Assembly: GCF_011045215.1 (NCBI RefSeq)
Contig: NZ_CP049201.1
Strand: one strand, 5' to 3'
DNA length: 64,000 nucleotides
Origin: Escherichia coli
GTDB taxonomy: Bacteria; Pseudomonadota; Gammaproteobacteria; Enterobacterales; Enterobacteriaceae
Both the position numbers and the translations under genes were made by a program. The notes under the pieces were generated by a model. The model was not told where the DNA came from, ran no database searches, and saw nothing but the letters and a program-made list of their open reading frames with translations. Below, in pieces: positions 58,735 through 64,000 of the stretch. Each line of letters starts with the position of its first letter. Position 1 is the first letter of the stretch.

Positions 58735-59744
58735 ACGGTAAAAAACTTTATATCTCGGACGTCACGTTGCGTGACGGTATGCACGCCATTCGTCATCAGT
58801 ATTCGCTGGAAAACGTTCGCCAGATTGCCAAAGCACTGGACGATGCCCGCGTGGATTCGATTGAAGTGGCCCACGGCGACGGTTTGCAGGGTTCCAGCTT
58901 TAACTATGGTTTCGGCGCACATAGCGACCTTGAATGGATTGAAGCAGCGGCGGATGTGGTGAAGCACGCCAAAATCGCGACGTTGTTGCTGCCAGGAATC
59001 GGCACTATTCACGATCTGAAAAATGCCTGGCAGGCTGGCGCGCGGGTGGTTCGTGTGGCAACGCACTGTACCGAAGCTGATGTTTCCGCCCAGCATATTC
59101 AGTATGCCCGCGAGCTCGGAATGGACACCGTTGGTTTTCTGATGATGAGCCATATGACCACGCCGGAGAATCTCGCCAAGCAGGCAAAGCTGATGGAAGG
59201 CTACGGTGCGACCTGCATTTATGTGGTGGATTCTGGCGGTGCGATGAACATGAGCGATATCCGTGACCGTTTCCGCGCCCTGAAAGCAGTGCTGAAACCA
59301 GAAACGCAAACCGGCATGCACGCTCACCATAACCTGAGTCTTGGCGTGGCGAACTCTATCGCGGCGGTGGAAGAGGGCTGCGACCGAATCGACGCCAGCC
59401 TCGCGGGAATGGGAGCGGGCGCAGGTAACGCGCCGCTGGAAGTATTTATTGCCGCCGCGGATAAACTGGGTTGGCAGCATGGGGCCGATCTCTATGCGTT
59501 AATGGATGCCGCTGACGACCTGGTGCGTCCGTTGCAGGATCGACCGGTACGAGTCGATCGCGAAACGCTGGCGCTGGGATACGCTGGTGTTTACTCCAGC
59601 TTCCTGCGTCACTGTGAAACGGCGGCGGCGCGTTATGGCTTAAGCGCGGTGGATATTCTCGTTGAGCTGGGCAAACGCCGGATGGTTGGCGGCCAGGAGG
59701 ATATGATCGTCGACGTGGCGCTGGATCTGCGCAACAACAAATAA
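58731..59744 (+). CDS. mhpE: 4-hydroxy-2-oxovalerate aldolase
   Basis: 337-aa ORF; ATGA overlap with mhpF. Confidence 0.95.
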
Positions 59745-59784
59745 TATTGACTGCCGAGAACGTGCATTTTGTATGCCCATCCCA

Positions 59785-60145
<361 letters not shown>

Positions 60146-60222
60146 GTCATTAAATAGTTCTGATGACGCGGCTGGCAATGTATCCGTCGCGATTCACCTG
60201 CACACGCAACGAGGTTCATCTT

Positions 60223-61434
60223 ATGTCGACTCGTACCCCTTCATCATCTTCATCCCGCCTGATGCTGACCATCGGGCTTTGTTTTTTGGTCGCTCTGATG
60301 GAAGGGCTGGATCTTCAGGCGGCTGGCATTGCGGCGGGTGGCATCGCCCAGGTTTTCGCACTCGATAAAATGCAAATGGGCTGGATATTCAGCGCCGGAA
60401 TACTCGGTTTGCTACCCGGCGCGTTGGTTGGCGGAATGCTGGCGGACCGTTATGGTCGCAAGCGCATTTTGATTGGCTCAGTTGCGCTGTTTGGTTTGTT
60501 CTCGCTGGCAACGGCGATTGCCTGGGATTTCCCCTCACTGGTCTTTGCGCGGCTGATGACCGGTGTCGGGCTGGGGGCGGCGTTGCCGAATCTTATCGCC
60601 CTGACGTCTGAAGCCGCGGGTCCACGTTTTCGTGGGACGGCAGTGAGCCTGATGTATTGCGGTGTTCCCATTGGCGCGGCGCTGGCGGCGACACTGGGTT
60701 TCGCGGGGGCAAACTTAGCATGGCAAACGGTGTTTTGGGTAGGTGGTGTGGTGCCGTTGATTCTGGTGCCGCTATTAATGCGCTGGTTGCCGGAGTCGGC
60801 GGTTTTCGCTGGCGAAAAACAGGCTGCGCCACCACTGCGTGCGTTATTTGCGCCAGAAACGGCAACCGCGACGCTGCTGCTGTGGCTGTGTTATTTCTTC
60901 ACTCTGCTGGTGGTTTACATGTTGATCAACTGGCTACCGCTGCTTTTGGTGGAGCAAGGATTCCAGCCATCGCAGGCGGCAGGGGTGATGTTTGCACTGC
61001 AAATGGGGGCGGCAAGCGGGACGTTAATGTTGGGCGCATTGATGGATAAGCTGCGTCCAGTAACCATGTCGCTACTGATTTATAGCGGCATGTTAGCTTC
61101 GCTGCTGGCGCTGGGAACGGTGTCGTCATTTAACGGTATGTTGCTGGCGGGATTTGTCGCGGGGTTGTTTGCGACAGGTGGGCAAAGCGTTTTGTATGCC
61201 CTGGCACCGTTGTTTTACAGTTCGCAGATCCGCGCAACAGGTGTGGGAACAGCCGTGGCGGTAGGGCGTCTGGGGGCTATGAGCGGTCCGTTACTGGCCG
61301 GGAAAATGCTGGCATTAGGCACTGGCACGGTCGGCGTAATGGCCGCTTCTGCACCGGGTATTCTTGTTGCTGGGTTGGCGGTGTTTATTTTGATGAGTCA
61401 GAGATCAAGAATGCAGCCGTGTGCCGATGCCTGA
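60223..61434 (+). CDS. mhpT: 3-hydroxyphenylpropionate transporter (MFS)
   Basis: ORF 60163..61434; start at ATG 60223 (MSTRTPSSSSSRLMLTIGL) with GAGG RBS, 403 aa. Confidence 0.9.
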   Translation: MSTRTPSSSSSRLMLTIGLCFLVALMEGLDLQAAGIAAGGIAQVFALDKMQMGWIFSAGILGLLPGALVGGMLADRYGRKRILIGSVALFGLFSLATAIAWDFPSLVFARLMTGVGLGAALPNLIALTSEAAGPRFRGTAVSLMYCGVPIGAALAATLGFAGANLAWQTVFWVGGVVPLILVPLLMRWLPESAVFAGEKQAAPPLRALFAPETATATLLLWLCYFFTLLVVYMLINWLPLLLVEQGFQPSQAAGVMFALQMGAASGTLMLGALMDKLRPVTMSLLIYSGMLASLLALGTVSSFNGMLLAGFVAGLFATGGQSVLYALAPLFYSSQIRATGVGTAVAVGRLGAMSGPLLAGKMLALGTGTVGVMAASAPGILVAGLAVFILMSQRSRMQPCADA

Positions 61435-61535
61435 CGCGCCTTATTAAGCAGGGGCGAAAGGGACTTGCCCCCAATACACCCACGGCGTTTACAGGTATAC
61501 TCGCTAAAAATTATTCAGCGGGTTTGGAAACAAAG

Positions 61536-62075
61536 ATGGCAAAACTTACCTTACAAGAGCAGTTGCTCAAAGCAGGATTAGTCACCAGCAAAAAAGCGGC
61601 GAAGGTCGAGAGAACGGCGAAAAAATCGCGCGTTCAGGCGCGTGAAGCTCGGGCGGCGGTAGAAGAAAATAAAAAGGCACAGCTTGAGCGTGATAAACAG
61701 CTTAGCGAACAGCAAAAACAAGCGGCGTTGGCGAAAGAATATAAAGCCCAGGTGAAGCAGCTCATTGAAATGAACCGAATCACCATTGCCAATGGCGATA
61801 TTGGTTTTAACTTCACTGACGGCAATCTGATTAAGAAGATTTTTGTCGATAAGCTCACACAGGCGCAGTTGATTAATGGTCGTCTGGCGATTGCCCGCTT
61901 GTTGGTCGATAACAATAGCGAAGGTGAATACGCCATTATTCCCGCCAGCGTTGCCGATAAAATTGCTCAGCGTGATGCCAGCAGTATTGTGTTGCACAGC
62001 GCGCTCAGTGCCGAAGAGCAGGATGAAGACGATCCGTATGCCGACTTCAAAGTGCCTGATGATTTGATGTGGTAA
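61536..62075 (+). CDS. yaiL: DUF2058-family protein
   Basis: ORF 61419..62075; start at ATG 61536 (MAKLTLQEQLLKAGLVTSKK), 179 aa; lysine-rich N-terminal half. Confidence 0.85.
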   Translation: MAKLTLQEQLLKAGLVTSKKAAKVERTAKKSRVQAREARAAVEENKKAQLERDKQLSEQQKQAALAKEYKAQVKQLIEMNRITIANGDIGFNFTDGNLIKKIFVDKLTQAQLINGRLAIARLLVDNNSEGEYAIIPASVADKIAQRDASSIVLHSALSAEEQDEDDPYADFKVPDDLMW

Positions 62076-62087
62076 ACATAGATAAGT

Positions 62088-62198
62088 CGTGCGCAGATGC
62101 CTGATGCGACGCTATGCGCGTCTTATCATGCCTACGGCCTGCGGGCGAAATGTAGGCGGATAAGGCGTTCACGCCGCATCCGGCAGTCGTGCACTATT
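62088..62198. repeat. REP pair (BIME) between yaiL and frmB
   Basis: gcctgatgcgacgctatgcgcgtcttatcatgcctac ... ggcggataaggcgttcacgccgcatccggc. Confidence 0.8.
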
Positions 62199-62199
62199 A

Positions 62200-63033
62200 T
62201 CAACGCATATTCAGTTTATTGGCGTGGTAGGCAATATGCTCGCCAATAAAACTGGAGACAAAATAATAGCTGTGGTCGTAACCCTCGTGATAACGGATTA
62301 ACGTCTTGATATTCATCTCCTGGCAGATCTTTTCAAGATTTTGAGTCCGCAGCTGTTCCGCGTAAAAATCATCACTCAACCCCTGATCAACCATGATTTC
62401 CGCAACGCGTTGACCTTGTGAAATAAGACTCACCGGGTCGTAATCCAACCAGGCCTCTTTATTTTCACCAAGATATGCAGCAAAGGCTTGCTGTCCCCAC
62501 GGCACTTGCGATGGGGAGACAATGGGCGAAAACGCCGAGACGCTGACATATTCATCTGGGTTACGTAACGCCAGCACCAGCGCGCCCAGCCCGCCCATAG
62601 AATGACCAGAGATAGACTTTTTGGCCGTTGCCGGAAAATGTTGCATCACTAAATCCGGCAGCTCGTTGCGGATATAGTCATACATTTTGTAATGTTCATT
62701 CCACGGCGCTTGCGTCGCGTTCAGGTAAAACCCGGCACCTTGCCCGAGATCGTAACGGTCGGCATCTGCGACATGACTGCCTCGCGGACTGGTGTCCGGC
62801 GCAACAATAATAATGTTGTGCTCAGCCGCGTAACGCTGCATCCCCGATTTAGTAATGAAATTCTGCTCATTGCAGGTCAGGCCCGAAAGCCAGTACAGCA
62901 CAGGTAATTTTTCACCTGCAGCTTTTGGTGGGAGATAGACGCCGACATTCATTTCACATTTCAGTGATGCGGAATAATGCCGATACACATTTTGCCAGCC
63001 GCCAAAGCTGGCATGTTTTTCAATGAGTTCCAT
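62200..63033 (-). CDS. frmB: S-formylglutathione hydrolase (esterase D family)
   Basis: 277-aa ORF; GHSMGG serine hydrolase motif. Confidence 0.95.
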   Translation of the reverse strand: MELIEKHASFGGWQNVYRHYSASLKCEMNVGVYLPPKAAGEKLPVLYWLSGLTCNEQNFITKSGMQRYAAEHNIIIVAPDTSPRGSHVADADRYDLGQGAGFYLNATQAPWNEHYKMYDYIRNELPDLVMQHFPATAKKSISGHSMGGLGALVLALRNPDEYVSVSAFSPIVSPSQVPWGQQAFAAYLGENKEAWLDYDPVSLISQGQRVAEIMVDQGLSDDFYAEQLRTQNLEKICQEMNIKTLIRYHEGYDHSYYFVSSFIGEHIAYHANKLNMR

Positions 63034-63125
63034 CAGTCATTATCTCACGGTTAATCCCCCGGACGGCTGCCCGGGGAGAGTATTAAGAACCCCGCCTGAA
63101 CTGGACGGGGTAAACCAGCGGGAAA

Positions 63126-64000
<875 letters not shown>

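Overview
The window reads as a fully collinear stretch of an Escherichia coli chromosome, the classic lac-proximal region, and I see no clearly novel system in it. Gene order is ykgA - aldo/keto reductase - rclCBA/rclR - ykgEFG - ykgH - betABI/betT - pdeL - yahB/yahC - yahDEFG-(REP)-yahIJ - yahK - yahLM - yahN - yahO - prpR/prpBCDE - (REP array) - codBA - cynR/cynTSX - lacAYZ/lacI - mhpR/mhpABCDFE - (REP array) - mhpT - yaiL - frmB - frmA (truncated at the window end). All gene identifications rest on reading the ORF translations against remembered E. coli K-12 proteins; no search was run. The alleles differ from K-12 as I recall it (for example about 30 substitutions in LacZ, several SNPs in the lac control region), so this is probably a non-K-12 lineage. 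I found no IS elements, prophage, integrase, CRISPR array, or rRNA/tRNA genes. The most noteworthy observations are: (1) cynX is interrupted by an in-frame TGA; (2) three tandem REP/BIME arrays, the largest about 10 units between prpE and codB, which generate spurious ORFs; (3) the poorly characterised yahB/yahC-yahDEFGIJ module with a perfect dyad in its divergent control region; (4) betA appears to start at TTG and carries a short 3' extension; (5) conserved regulatory architecture recognisable directly in sequence (lac operator/promoter/CAP site, the prpB sigma-54 promoter with TGAAAC repeats, a dyad in the mhpR-mhpA region).
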